64,000 nt of DNA. Origin: a virus. Below the pieces are notes generated by a model. It saw nothing but the letters and a program-made list of their open reading frames with translations, searched no databases and was not told the origin of the DNA. A program made the translations under genes and the position numbers. Below, one piece after another: positions 8,377-18,086 of this stretch (its first letter is position 1; each line of letters opens with the position of its first letter). Location of the stretch: positions 1 through 64,000 of IMG/VR virus record IMGVR_UViG_3300024518_004461; one strand, given 5' to 3'.

Positions 8377-9966
8377 CTATCCTTTTATAATCCAGCCGAA
8401 GTCTTCATAAAGTTTTTTAGCTTCTTGTATTCTATCACTACTTTCCACACTTTTGTAGCCGGTCATGCCGGGTATTGTAGTATTTAGTTTTGTGTTTGAT
8501 ACAATCATCGCGTTCAGTGTTGCCCTCTTAAATTGTAAGTCGCGGGTATTCTCCTGTAAGACCGTATCTCTAATCCAACAAGTTATAGCCAGAGCCATAA
8601 CTAGGTCGTCATTGTAGCTTCGCTGTGCTTCTGGTCTTCCGTTTTTCCATACAAAGGTTTTTAGTTCTTGATAAGTCCTCTCCGAATTTATAGTAATTAG
8701 TTCGTTGCGAACGAATTCTTCTAACTTGGCGACGATGAGCGGTCGTGTCTTTTGTGAAGTGGTGAAGCCTGGAACAGAGTTAGAAATTTGCTCGGCTTCA
8801 TATTGTTCAACATATTGATGAGTTCCTTTAGTAGAGTAATATAAATTTGGATAACCGGCATCAATGAGCTTTTCCAATACCGAGAAACCGATATTGTTGT
8901 TTTCAACAACCAGCATCGCATTTCCATATTCTTTTCCAGCATCAAATAAAATCCTCGCAAACAAATCAGTCGTAGGTTTGCCTCGATATTCGGCAACCTG
9001 AACCATCGTGTTTGTATTAAAAATGTGAAACACTGAATAATCAGCGCCATCGCCTCGTGAAACATCACCAACTAATAGATACTTGTTATCTGGATCATAT
9101 TGTTCCCAGATCCAAAAGTTTCTATCAAAACCTGTTTGGTGTTCTGGACTGCGACAAGCTAGTGCCATCTTATTTAAATTATCCGGGTGAATAACTGTTT
9201 CGCCTGAAGCATTAAAGTTGCACTCATACTCTTGTGCAACTTTACGGCGCGAAAGGTTTCTAGTTGTTTCATCGAACCAGGCTTGATCTCTTTCCGGGTG
9301 TAATGTCCAATGAAGGATCGTGGGGTGAAAATCATTTTCGCCAGCTTGTGCAGAAACATAAGTTTTATGAAACCAGTTGCCCACCCCATTAGGAGAAGAC
9401 AAGGCAATACAACGACCGCCCGCTGCCATTGTAGGTTGAAGTGCTGTCCATAATTCACTGAAGCCATCGATATGGGCGGCTTCGTCAATCACTAACAATG
9501 AGAGTGCTTCAGAGCGACCAGCATCAGCCGATGTGGACGTTGCTTTAATTTCAGAACCGTTACTCAAAACAAATGATGAACGATTATCAATGGCAATTTT
9601 GGCGATCTGATCAAACCAAGGAGGTAATAATTTGATCATCGCTTTTACTTTTTTTACAAGATTGGCTGCTGTACTAAATTTAGTTGCAATAACAAGAACA
9701 TTTTTATCACGATGAAAAAGAAGCATCCACGAAACATATGCAGCGGTAATTGTTGAAATACCCATTTGACGGGATTTTAAAATAACGTTGTTACGATAAT
9801 CGTTAAACTTTTGTAGTAAATCTTTTTGGAAGTCCCAAGTCTTAAATGGAATTTGCCCACGTTGAGGGTGAGCAATCTTACAATAATTGTCTATAAAATA
9901 AACAGGATCTTTGCCGCACTTAACAAGTTCTCGGACAAGTTCTTTTTTAGAAAGATATTGTGACAT
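8377..9966 (-). CDS. terL: terminase large subunit (T4 gp17-like)
   Basis: Walker A KSRQMGIST, Walker B LLVIDEAAH, nuclease motifs GDVSRGDGADYS and NDDLVMA. Confidence 0.95.
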   Translation of the reverse strand: MSQYLSKKELVRELVKCGKDPVYFIDNYCKIAHPQRGQIPFKTWDFQKDLLQKFNDYRNNVILKSRQMGISTITAAYVSWMLLFHRDKNVLVIATKFSTAANLVKKVKAMIKLLPPWFDQIAKIAIDNRSSFVLSNGSEIKATSTSADAGRSEALSLLVIDEAAHIDGFSELWTALQPTMAAGGRCIALSSPNGVGNWFHKTYVSAQAGENDFHPTILHWTLHPERDQAWFDETTRNLSRRKVAQEYECNFNASGETVIHPDNLNKMALACRSPEHQTGFDRNFWIWEQYDPDNKYLLVGDVSRGDGADYSVFHIFNTNTMVQVAEYRGKPTTDLFARILFDAGKEYGNAMLVVENNNIGFSVLEKLIDAGYPNLYYSTKGTHQYVEQYEAEQISNSVPGFTTSQKTRPLIVAKLEEFVRNELITINSERTYQELKTFVWKNGRPEAQRSYNDDLVMALAITCWIRDTVLQENTRDLQFKRATLNAMIVSNTKLNTTIPGMTGYKSVESSDRIQEAKKLYEDFGWIIKG

Positions 9967-9975
9967 ACATTACAA

Positions 9976-10554
9976 TTAGTCGCGAGGCTCTAGATCTCGT
10001 TTTCCTGAAACATTTTCTGGCTTCTTGGTTTTTGGGAATTTATCTTTTCCAAGGCCAAGCCAATTCTTGATGCTCGTATCCAAGCGTTCTTCTACAGTGT
10101 GTCCTAGTTCGGGTTCATCTGGGATTCCGCCAATCTTATATTCTTGCTGGGCTTGGACCCAAGACCTTACCTTGCTCGTAGTTTGAACAATCATATGAGG
10201 TTCACTGTCTTTTGGTTTAGTCAACGTAAGACCGTTGCCTGTGATCTTTTTATATTCCTTCTTTAGAAAGTTGGCAATATCTTGGAGTCGTTGTTCAATC
10301 TCTCCTTCATAATCACCCTTGTAGACCTCACGCAAAGTGACTTCACCCTGATATTTGATGGTGAGCATATTACCGTGAAAGGTTACACCAAATCCATCCA
10401 TGACTCTCTTATCGAGAATTGGATGACCCTCCTCTCTTTGAAGACCAACCTTGAGTGGTTCTCCATTTTCATCAAGCGCACCGTCAAAAGCGTTTGCAGC
10501 CGCTTGTTGGATACCTTGGATAATTTCTAGGACATTTGATTTTTTTTCAGCCAT
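9976..10554 (-). CDS. hypothetical protein upstream of terminase
   Basis: 192-aa ORF with GAGGA RBS. Confidence 0.7.
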   Translation of the reverse strand: MAEKKSNVLEIIQGIQQAAANAFDGALDENGEPLKVGLQREEGHPILDKRVMDGFGVTFHGNMLTIKYQGEVTLREVYKGDYEGEIEQRLQDIANFLKKEYKKITGNGLTLTKPKDSEPHMIVQTTSKVRSWVQAQQEYKIGGIPDEPELGHTVEERLDTSIKNWLGLGKDKFPKTKKPENVSGKRDLEPRD

Positions 10555-11141
10555 TATTTTTTATTCCTCTTAATAGATAGTTTGATTGATTTTTTTTCTT
10601 TAGCTAGCGATTGTATAACTTCGTAAGCTGCTGGTGAAACATAATAATTTTGCTTGGATTCCTTCACAAGATTACTAAAATCCCCAGATAAGATCTTTAT
10701 TACTTCTTTGCCAATTCTCTGTATGACGGGTGCATCTTCTTTGGCAAAATTCTTTCTTTGTGGGCCAGCTTTTTTATGAATAGTTTTGATTGCTTTGATG
10801 ATGGCTTCTCGGAACTTCTTCGAATCAATTCCTTGATTCCGCAATTGATTGAGTGCAGTCTGGATAGTTCCTGGTTTTAATTGCTTCAAGCCACGAAGGT
10901 CTTTTTTCTCGTCTTTTTGATCGTCATCTTTTTTGTCGTCTTTTTTGTCGTCTTCTTGATCGTCATCTTTTTTATCTTTATCTTTTTGATCCGAAGACGA
11001 ATCTTCCTCTTCTGACTCTTCTTCATCCTTCGCTTTAGCTTGTGCAAGTGTTTTAGAAAATTCCCCTTCTTTAAGGAAGTGGATTTCTTCGGAAATAAAA
11101 CTCTTTAGTTCGGATCTTGTAAGTCTAACTTTTCTAGCCAT
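10554..11141 (-). CDS. leader-bearing protein with Asp/Lys repeats
   Basis: VRLTRSELKSFISEEI leader variant; DDKKDDKKDDDQKDEKK low-complexity linker. Confidence 0.7.
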   Translation of the reverse strand: MARKVRLTRSELKSFISEEIHFLKEGEFSKTLAQAKAKDEEESEEEDSSSDQKDKDKKDDDQEDDKKDDKKDDDQKDEKKDLRGLKQLKPGTIQTALNQLRNQGIDSKKFREAIIKAIKTIHKKAGPQRKNFAKEDAPVIQRIGKEVIKILSGDFSNLVKESKQNYYVSPAAYEVIQSLAKEKKSIKLSIKRNKK

Positions 11142-11473
11142 TTTTCTTCGCGTCCTTCAACGTTTACAATATAACACCGGAAACAGCACATAAACTTTGA
11201 CATATAAAGATCGTCTTTCGCCTTGAAAGAATAAATATTACATACTGGGCAAGTGCGTTCTGATTCTTTTATAAATAGTTTCTTGGGCAGTAAAACACCA
11301 TCAACCTCAACCTTCTCTTTGGTCTTCTCTTTTCTGGACATCTCTTTGATTTGAGATAGGTAATCTTTTTCTTTTTCTTTATCCCAATTATTTTTAGGAT
11401 TTTGTATTGCTTCGTCGCCATACTTCTCTTGTATGGCTTTCTCAACTTTTATAAGATGATCGGGATCTTTCAT
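11105..11473 (-). CDS. putative zinc-binding protein
   Basis: CPVC...CCFRC. Confidence 0.7.
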   Translation of the reverse strand: MKDPDHLIKVEKAIQEKYGDEAIQNPKNNWDKEKEKDYLSQIKEMSRKEKTKEKVEVDGVLLPKKLFIKESERTCPVCNIYSFKAKDDLYMSKFMCCFRCYIVNVEGREEKWLEKLDLQDPN

Positions 11474-11949
11474 CTCTTTACTATTTCGCTAGCGGCGAAA
11501 AAGATTGCGATTGATGTAATCATTCCCACTGCTATTCCACCACCAAACCACAGTATATCATAATCTCCAACATCAGTTGCAATTTTTTGTAAGCGTAAGA
11601 TTTCCTCATCTTGAGCTGCAACAATAATATTGTATTTCCTTTTCTCTATCTTGAGTTCGCTAGAAAGTAAATCGTTGTCTCTCGTGCATTTTGCCTGTAG
11701 GGTGTCCGTCTCATATTTTACTTTTAATTTGCACTCTTGTTCTGCTCGTGCTTTTTCTGCCAATAGCTTTGCGGTTGCCTCTATTGAGAATAGTGTTCCC
11801 GTGAATGGTGCAACATCACCTTCGTTTAAAAAAGTAAATTTCGCACTTGTGCTTGTGGTTGTTTGGGCATTAGCTATGACCGACGAGGAAATAAAAATAA
11901 TACTAATCAGTATTGCTATTGTTTTTTTTAGGCTCATATTCAAATCCAA
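11470..11949 (-). CDS. secreted coiled-coil protein with C-terminal TM (spanin-like candidate)
   Basis: Signal peptide MSLKKTIAILISIIFISSSVIANA, coiled coil with 2 Cys, C-terminal hydrophobic helix; overlaps 11903..12301. Confidence 0.5.
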   Translation of the reverse strand: MDLNMSLKKTIAILISIIFISSSVIANAQTTTSTSAKFTFLNEGDVAPFTGTLFSIEATAKLLAEKARAEQECKLKVKYETDTLQAKCTRDNDLLSSELKIEKRKYNIIVAAQDEEILRLQKIATDVGDYDILWFGGGIAVGMITSIAIFFAASEIVKR

Positions 11950-12301
11950 ACTCTAATGTAATTCTCTCTGCCATCTGATCGGGATCATCAGTCCACTCTT
12001 TTATAACAGACTTGACAAATTTCTTTTCTTTCTTGTCTAGCGTCTTATTTTCTTTGGAATACTTTTCTTCAATTTTTTTAATTGCGTTGTCGTATTCTTT
12101 ATCGATCCACTCTTTCTCTTTCTTTTTATTTAATTCGGCTACTTCGATTGCATCTAATTGTTTCTTGTGAGAATCATCAGCAGCTTTGATAATCTCCTCA
12201 ATCTTGTTTTCTTTAGATCGAAAAACTAAAGCGACTATTATGAGAACAGGTATATACCAATAAGACTTTAGGAAAGACCAGATTTTTTTTATTATAATCA
12301 T
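11903..12301 (-). CDS. N-terminal TM plus coiled-coil protein (i-spanin-like candidate)
   Basis: YWYIPVLIIVALVF followed by a charged helical region. Confidence 0.5.
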   Translation of the reverse strand: MIIIKKIWSFLKSYWYIPVLIIVALVFRSKENKIEEIIKAADDSHKKQLDAIEVAELNKKKEKEWIDKEYDNAIKKIEEKYSKENKTLDKKEKKFVKSVIKEWTDDPDQMAERITLEFGFEYEPKKNNSNTD

Positions 12302-12702
12302 TTACCTTTATTATGATCTTTCCACGCTTTCGCAAATGCTTGTGGGCAATCGTCTTTTCCTCCACACATTTCTTTCTTCAATGCCATAACCAGATCTTTT
12401 TTCCCCGGTGGGGCTACTTCTTGGAGAGGGGTGGGCTGAAAGCCTTCTAGCTCCGCTGCAACCGCATCATCTATGACCTGCGCTAGTCTTTGTGCTAAAG
12501 CTTGTTGCTCTTTGTATTCTAGTGCTTTGTACTTGTGTCTTATAACAGAATCAATAAATCTTTTTTCTGTGTCATCTACAGATGGGCTAGGCGCATTCTT
12601 TTTTTGTTTTGGGGGAGACACGCTGAAATCACCAGGTTCCATAAAACTTTCATCAAGTTCTTCTTGAATAATCTTCTTGAGTTGTGACTTAGTGATTTTC
12701 AT
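12298..12702 (-). CDS. leader-bearing putative internal head protein
   Basis: Starts MKITKSQLKKIIQEEL; C-terminal LQEVAPPGKKDLVMALKK module. Confidence 0.7.
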   Translation of the reverse strand: MKITKSQLKKIIQEELDESFMEPGDFSVSPPKQKKNAPSPSVDDTEKRFIDSVIRHKYKALEYKEQQALAQRLAQVIDDAVAAELEGFQPTPLQEVAPPGKKDLVMALKKEMCGGKDDCPQAFAKAWKDHNKGK

Positions 12703-12705
12703 ATT

Positions 12706-13149
12706 TTATGAACTCCATCTATTACGCATCTCTTGTGTTGCTTCTTCAATTGCTTGGTTGAGCCACTGTGGATCTTCTTCCTCTAATGAGTTGAATTTGA
12801 TTGACCAGCCTTCGGTGGTGTTCTCGGGAAGTTCGGTGGTTTTGGGGCCGCCGCCATAGCTCCAATTATTCGATTCGCTCGCTCTATAAGCATCAATAGC
12901 ATCTATTAGGTTCGTTCCCTTGGGACCGATAAAATCAGGACTCGCAGAAGAACCACCAGAAGTCCCAGCGGCTACCACTCTGACTTGATCTGTTAGGGGG
13001 TCTGTATTTTTGAGTTGCCAAGCTTGTTCGTTTGGTGCCCACTCAAAACTCCACGGGCCTTCTTCACCCTCGAAAGTGACTTCTTCTTTTAACAAACGAG
13101 TCATTTCTTCTTTAATAATTTTCTTAAGTTGTGATCTTGTAACTTTCAT
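12706..13149 (-). CDS. leader-bearing putative internal head protein
   Basis: Starts MKVTRSQLKKIIKEEM; body is acidic and Trp-rich, unrelated to its neighbours. Confidence 0.7.
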   Translation of the reverse strand: MKVTRSQLKKIIKEEMTRLLKEEVTFEGEEGPWSFEWAPNEQAWQLKNTDPLTDQVRVVAAGTSGGSSASPDFIGPKGTNLIDAIDAYRASESNNWSYGGGPKTTELPENTTEGWSIKFNSLEEEDPQWLNQAIEEATQEMRNRWSS

Positions 13150-13910
13150 TTTTTCTTTCTGCGGATTTTTATTTTCCTGTTTTCTTGTAACGGAAATTCC
13201 ATTTGTGCTGGGTCTTCGCCAGGTCCAGGGGCATCCACGCCTTGTGGTGATAGAACACCACGGATAAAATTAATTGCGTCCATTAGTGTTTCGGGGTTTG
13301 CATGTTGCATAGCTTCTTCATCTGTGGATGGATACACTTCAACTTCATAATTGCTATCATCCCACACATCAATCGTAGCACTCTTGTAGGGCTCTCCCGA
13401 GGGGCTACTGTAGTTTGTTATTCCTTGTTGTTTCTCGCGACTGGATGCTTTATCTTGCAAGCCTAGATTTTCCATCTCAGGAGAGATAATGGTGTTAATA
13501 GCATTTTCCAGTTCTACGGCTAGTTCCTTGTTGTATCTGTCTTCGCCGAAGCGAGTTACGATTTCATCAAAGTCAGCAAACTTTTCTGCGCCCGCAGTTA
13601 CTTCTGCAAGAATTTCTTTAATATATTCCTGTAGCGATTCTTTTTCTAAGAGTGATTCATTTTTTTTATCAACACCTACATCCTTGATGCTTCCGTATTT
13701 ATCGGGATTAGCATTGACGGCTGCTCGGGCCCTTTCTTCTGTCTTTCCACCGGCTCTTAAGGCGTCGGCCACCTTGCTTACAGAAATATCTTCATCCTCG
13801 GGAACACCAAGCTCTCTGTGCAACGCGCCTTTGTTTTTTCCAAATGCTTTTTGCATCCAGTCTTCTTCTTCTTGGATAATTTGTTTGAGTTTTGATTTTG
13901 TGATTTTCAC
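13146..13910 (-). CDS. leader-bearing putative internal head protein
   Basis: Starts (GTG) MKITKSKLKQIIQEEE; internal second motif ESLQEYIKEILAE. Confidence 0.7.
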   Translation of the reverse strand: MKITKSKLKQIIQEEEDWMQKAFGKNKGALHRELGVPEDEDISVSKVADALRAGGKTEERARAAVNANPDKYGSIKDVGVDKKNESLLEKESLQEYIKEILAEVTAGAEKFADFDEIVTRFGEDRYNKELAVELENAINTIISPEMENLGLQDKASSREKQQGITNYSSPSGEPYKSATIDVWDDSNYEVEVYPSTDEEAMQHANPETLMDAINFIRGVLSPQGVDAPGPGEDPAQMEFPLQENRKIKIRRKKK

Positions 13911-14149
13911 GACATCGTCCTTGACTCGATTGTATCCATTATATCAGCATCAGTAACTCCGGCTTCGACGCATTGATTTACCGCAGCTTCTAAAGCGGCG
14001 AGTGCCGCCCCTTGCTTGTCAGTTAGATCGGTATACAACTTTTGTCCGGTCTGATCAGCGTAGAGTTGAGCGGTTGGATCATCATAACGAGGAGCTTCGC
14101 TCAATTCCTCTTTGATGATTTGTTTAAGTTTTTGTTTTGTAATTTTCAT
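13907..14149 (-). CDS. leader-bearing putative internal head protein
   Basis: Start moved to ATG at 14149, giving MKITKQKLKQIIKEEL. Confidence 0.7.
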   Translation of the reverse strand: MKITKQKLKQIIKEELSEAPRYDDPTAQLYADQTGQKLYTDLTDKQGAALAALEAAVNQCVEAGVTDADIMDTIESRTMS

Positions 14150-14150
14150 T

Positions 14151-14336
14151 TTAGTTTCCGTGTTTCCAGTTAGTCGCAATATCCGCGATGCCCTGTATTC
14201 CTATGTAACCCAACGCAATAGCCACCCATTGATCGCCACTGATCGGACCTAGATATAAAAAGAGAGTGGCTAAAGAGAAAACCGTAAATTTTCTCGATAC
14301 CACTTTCTTTAATGTTTTGTCAATAAATGAACTCAC
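14151..14336 (-). CDS. holin-like small membrane protein
   Basis: 61 aa, SRKF followed by two hydrophobic helices. Confidence 0.55.
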   Translation of the reverse strand: MSSFIDKTLKKVVSRKFTVFSLATLFLYLGPISGDQWVAIALGYIGIQGIADIATNWKHGN

Positions 14337-14563
14337 TCTTTTCCTTTGTTGAACAAACTCAACAAAACAATAAGCGACAATAGTCCAACAAACCCACTTG
14401 ATCCAATAGACTCAATTAGTTTGACAACGTTGCCGACGACGCCCATTCCAAAAATACCTGCTCCATAAATTACTTCAACAAGAATTGCCAAAGCGAGCAA
14501 ATTCATTACCAGACCTGTAAGTCCACTAACACCTTCATTAACTGTTTTTAAAATATCTTTCAT
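14333..14563 (-). CDS. small membrane protein (holin/antiholin candidate)
   Basis: Start at ATG 14563 after AGGAGG; two to three TM segments. Confidence 0.55.
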   Translation of the reverse strand: MKDILKTVNEGVSGLTGLVMNLLALAILVEVIYGAGIFGMGVVGNVVKLIESIGSSGFVGLLSLIVLLSLFNKGKE

Positions 14564-14587
14564 ATTCACGTACCTCCTACGCAAATA

Positions 14588-14595
14588 TAAATAGT
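14588..14595 (-). promoter_or_regulatory. putative late promoter ACTATTTA
   Basis: Intergenic AACTATTTATA at the head of the holin/leader-gene run. Confidence 0.6.
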
Positions 14596-14598
14596 TAG

Positions 14599-17500
14599 CT
14601 ACGCAGTAACATTCGCATATCCATCTTTCTTTTCTATAGTGATGATTGAGTCCGCAGCATCTTTTAAGTTATCAAGATGAGAAATTAAAATAACAGTTTT
14701 GAAAATAGAAGTTGTAATATCGAGAATACGCACAAAGCCTTCCATTCTTTCAGCATCTAAAGCAGTACCGGGCTCGTCTAAAATAAACAATTGTGATTTG
14801 GGTAATGAAGAAATATTTGTGAACGCCAAACGTATTGCCATCGCAGCCACAGTTTTTTCCGCACCACTAGCCATTTCTAATGGACTAGGATCACGATCTG
14901 GTTGTTGGATATAAATATCTAGACGATTGTCGTCCGTCTCAAAGAGCACTTGGAAATCTACTACATTCGCAAGTATCTTGGAAATCTCATTATTGATTGT
15001 TGGCAAACTCTTTTTGATTATGTTATATGCAATACCGTTCGGGTGCATACAGCGCATATACAGATCGTGTGCTTCATAATCATTCTTTAGGTTTTCGCAC
15101 TTGGTCTTTTCTACTTCGAGATTTTGAATTCTATGTTCGCTAAACCCATGAAGTTTATAAAGCCTTAGCAATTCGCTTTCGCATTCCTCTAACTTAACAA
15201 CGCATTTCCTAAGCGCAGAAATCTTTAAGTTCTTATCTTTAACAATCCCTTCTAAATCTTCTATGACCTCTTTATTATCATCATAAAACTTTTCTTTCTC
15301 TTGGAGTTCTCTTATTTCGTGTTCTATGATCAATTTCTTTGAGGATAGGTTCTCTATCAAAAGTTCATCAGTAGGTATCTGATTCTCTAAATCTTTTTTG
15401 AGTTTCAGTAGATCCTCAAACTTGGCAAGATGGCTCTCTACATTATCAATTTCTAAAGAATTCATTTCCACTTGAATTGATTGGGACTCCTCCTGTTTAG
15501 TTTGTTGACCAATTTGAACTAATGGAATTTTATTTTTGGCTTCATACGCATCACGAATAAATTTACAATGTGAAAATTCAGATCCACAAGGAACCTCTTT
15601 CAATAACTTCGCTCGCGTCTCAAATTGAGATAATTCAGTTTTACTGGCTTTTAGATCTAAAGTGATATTCACTAGTTCTTTTTCGAGTTCTAGATATTTT
15701 CGCTTCTGTGAAAATAGAAAATCCTCATCAAACGATTTAATGAAATCGTTAGCTTTAGTAATTTTGTTTTTATTTTTGATGTTCTCATCAGTCTTGTGTA
15801 TTATGTCTTTTTCGTATAGTAACAACTTCTTCTCTGACTGAGATATGGAATTACGAATATTAAGAATATCAATGATTTCTGTGGGGGCTGATTGAATTTT
15901 ATCTTCTAGATCTGAAATCTGATCCTTAAGAACAACAACCTCCTTCTTTAATATCTCACAACTATTTTTTCTTTTTATCGTCGCGGCTTCGTTATCAAGA
16001 AGATCTTTATGGGCTATCCTTATGTCTTCATCATAATCAACCGCATCAAGAACTTTAATCTCGGCTTTGATATCGGCTGCATCTTCCTTTGCTGTCTTGA
16101 ATTTTTTATCAAAGATCTCTAGATCTAAAAACTTTGCCAAGATTTCTTTGCGCCTTGTAGAGCCTTCATTAATAAATGCTAGCGCACCCAATTGAGAACT
16201 CATAGAAGTTATTAAGAAATCGTCAAGACTTCCAAAATATTTCATAATATTCTTGTCGGTGTCTGAGCGAGTAAGCCCATTTAAAGATTCTTCCTTTTCA
16301 GTCGCTATGTCCCAAGATTTAAAGTCTACAACAGTTTTAGCCTCAACTGTTTCTGCCCCTTTTAGCCGCTTGAGATACTTGCTGGATTCTCTCCTAATTG
16401 TATATACTTTGTTGCCTCGCCTAATCTTAACCTGACCAAAGCCTTCGGTCTTGTTGTTATTGATTATGTTGAGGTTCTTACGCGAATTCTTTGAAATTGA
16501 GTTGTAGATCGTATACAAAAGCGAATCAACGATACTGGACTTACCAGAAAAGTTGCGACCATAAATCCCAGTAATTCCACTATAATTGGTAAAGTCTATG
16601 CGATTGCCTTCGCCATAATTAAACAGGTTGCTCCACTCCAATTCCAGAATTTCAAAATCCACATTACGATAAGTCTCGTCATTGTTTTCGACAATCTGTT
16701 TATATTTTTTGTTTAGATCCCGGATCTTCTTTTCAAGAGCTTCATCAATTTTATAGTCTTCTAGATATTCGCCAATTAATTTTTCTTGAACTACAAGATC
16801 TCTGAGGTTTTCTTTTTGAAAAGAGTCTCCTATCTCCACACCGCTGGTGAACGTAGATTTATTCACTACCGTAATTGATTCTGGCTTGTGGCGTTTTTTT
16901 GCAACATCCACAGCCTTCTTTAGTGCTATGGCGGAAATGCTGTTCTCTACCACCAATCTCAAACGAGCACCTTCAGGTACAGAAGTTTCGGGAACTTTGC
17001 CATCCTTGGTAAGAGGTAGCGAGATAAATGGTTTTGGATTTGTAAGAGTGACGGGTCTAACGGTAAAATCTTCTTTGCTCTTAATATCCCAAATCAAGAA
17101 ACCTTTACAAGTTCCTTCGCCATGATTTTGTTGGATGGTGCTGCCAGCATAACGAATGCGGCCGGCTTTGTCCATAATTTGATTTGTTAAGTGTATGTCT
17201 CCCAACATCGCATAATCAAATTTATCAAAGATCGAAATGTCATGCTCGCCAATATCCATCTTCCACCCTATGTCTGTTTGACAACCACTAATGGAGCCAT
17301 GATAAAGAGCAATATTTATTTGATCAGGATTGGACGGATCTTTCCAATTATCCTCATCAAACACGCTCAACACGTTTAAGGTAAACTCGTGACCCATATC
17401 AACTTCGCAAGAGTTCTTTAGTAAATGTAGGTTGGAATGATTAAGAGATTTTACGATTGGAGTGATTGCATCTTGTCTGCTTGTGTTTCTTAAGTTGCCG

Positions 17501-17742
17501 TCGTGATTGCCTAAGATGATATATGTTGGGGCAATCTCCGCTAAATTATAAAGAAAGTCAGAAGTCATCTCCACATATTCAGGAGAAATCTGTGTCTTGG
17601 TGTGGCATATGTCGCCACAATGAACAATATAATCCACCTTCTCTTTTCGGAGAGTTTCATATATTTTATTAAATATAATCTTATATTCGGTGTGATATTT
17701 GAGATTGCGAATATGGGTATCCGCGATGTGAGCAAACTTCAT
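14599..17742 (-). CDS. Mre11/SbcD-Rad50/SbcC fusion (T4 gp47-gp46-like recombination nuclease)
   Basis: Phosphoesterase motifs AHIADTH, GDICH, GNHD, GDIH; Walker A GRNFSGKSS; long coiled coil; ASGAEK signature; FILDEP; ISH. Confidence 0.93.
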   Translation of the reverse strand: MKFAHIADTHIRNLKYHTEYKIIFNKIYETLRKEKVDYIVHCGDICHTKTQISPEYVEMTSDFLYNLAEIAPTYIILGNHDGNLRNTSRQDAITPIVKSLNHSNLHLLKNSCEVDMGHEFTLNVLSVFDEDNWKDPSNPDQINIALYHGSISGCQTDIGWKMDIGEHDISIFDKFDYAMLGDIHLTNQIMDKAGRIRYAGSTIQQNHGEGTCKGFLIWDIKSKEDFTVRPVTLTNPKPFISLPLTKDGKVPETSVPEGARLRLVVENSISAIALKKAVDVAKKRHKPESITVVNKSTFTSGVEIGDSFQKENLRDLVVQEKLIGEYLEDYKIDEALEKKIRDLNKKYKQIVENNDETYRNVDFEILELEWSNLFNYGEGNRIDFTNYSGITGIYGRNFSGKSSIVDSLLYTIYNSISKNSRKNLNIINNNKTEGFGQVKIRRGNKVYTIRRESSKYLKRLKGAETVEAKTVVDFKSWDIATEKEESLNGLTRSDTDKNIMKYFGSLDDFLITSMSSQLGALAFINEGSTRRKEILAKFLDLEIFDKKFKTAKEDAADIKAEIKVLDAVDYDEDIRIAHKDLLDNEAATIKRKNSCEILKKEVVVLKDQISDLEDKIQSAPTEIIDILNIRNSISQSEKKLLLYEKDIIHKTDENIKNKNKITKANDFIKSFDEDFLFSQKRKYLELEKELVNITLDLKASKTELSQFETRAKLLKEVPCGSEFSHCKFIRDAYEAKNKIPLVQIGQQTKQEESQSIQVEMNSLEIDNVESHLAKFEDLLKLKKDLENQIPTDELLIENLSSKKLIIEHEIRELQEKEKFYDDNKEVIEDLEGIVKDKNLKISALRKCVVKLEECESELLRLYKLHGFSEHRIQNLEVEKTKCENLKNDYEAHDLYMRCMHPNGIAYNIIKKSLPTINNEISKILANVVDFQVLFETDDNRLDIYIQQPDRDPSPLEMASGAEKTVAAMAIRLAFTNISSLPKSQLFILDEPGTALDAERMEGFVRILDITTSIFKTVILISHLDNLKDAADSIITIEKKDGYANVTA

Positions 17743-17750
17743 TACTTACC

Positions 17751-17778
17751 ATTATACCAGGAGATATGGTTAAGTCAA
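17751..17778 (-). promoter_or_regulatory. sigma70-type promoter
   Basis: TTGACT-16 nt-TATAAT with a TG extension; the -10 box ends 8 nt before the ATG at 17742. Confidence 0.65.
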
Positions 17779-17802
17779 GAGAAAGTTTTTGTTTAGTTAA
17801 TT

Positions 17803-18042
17803 TTATCCACTCTTTCTCCAAGGGCACGGTGGTTTGCTGGGGTCATTGGTTATCGCATCCATTTTGGCTTCCAGCTCATCAAGAAACTGTCCATCTTGAG
17901 CGCCGCTCGGATCGTTCCGCATGTTGGCCAGAGCCTGAGCATAATGCCGTTGTAACTTCGCACACTCATCTTCTTCTTCGTTCATTAGTGTATCAAGTTC
18001 TTCCTTAATAATTTGTTTAAGTTTTGATTTAGTTAATTTCAT
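17803..18042 (-). CDS. leader-bearing putative internal head protein
   Basis: Starts MKLTKSKLKQIIKEEL; RBS AGGAGAAACAA. Confidence 0.72.
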   Translation of the reverse strand: MKLTKSKLKQIIKEELDTLMNEEEDECAKLQRHYAQALANMRNDPSGAQDGQFLDELEAKMDAITNDPSKPPCPWRKSG

Positions 18043-18075
18043 TTGTTTCTCCTATAAAACCGAAAGTTTCTTTAA

Positions 18076-18083
18076 TAAATAGT
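18076..18083 (-). promoter_or_regulatory. putative late promoter ACTATTTA
   Basis: 33 nt upstream of the ATG at 18042. Confidence 0.6.
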
Positions 18084-18086
18084 TGC

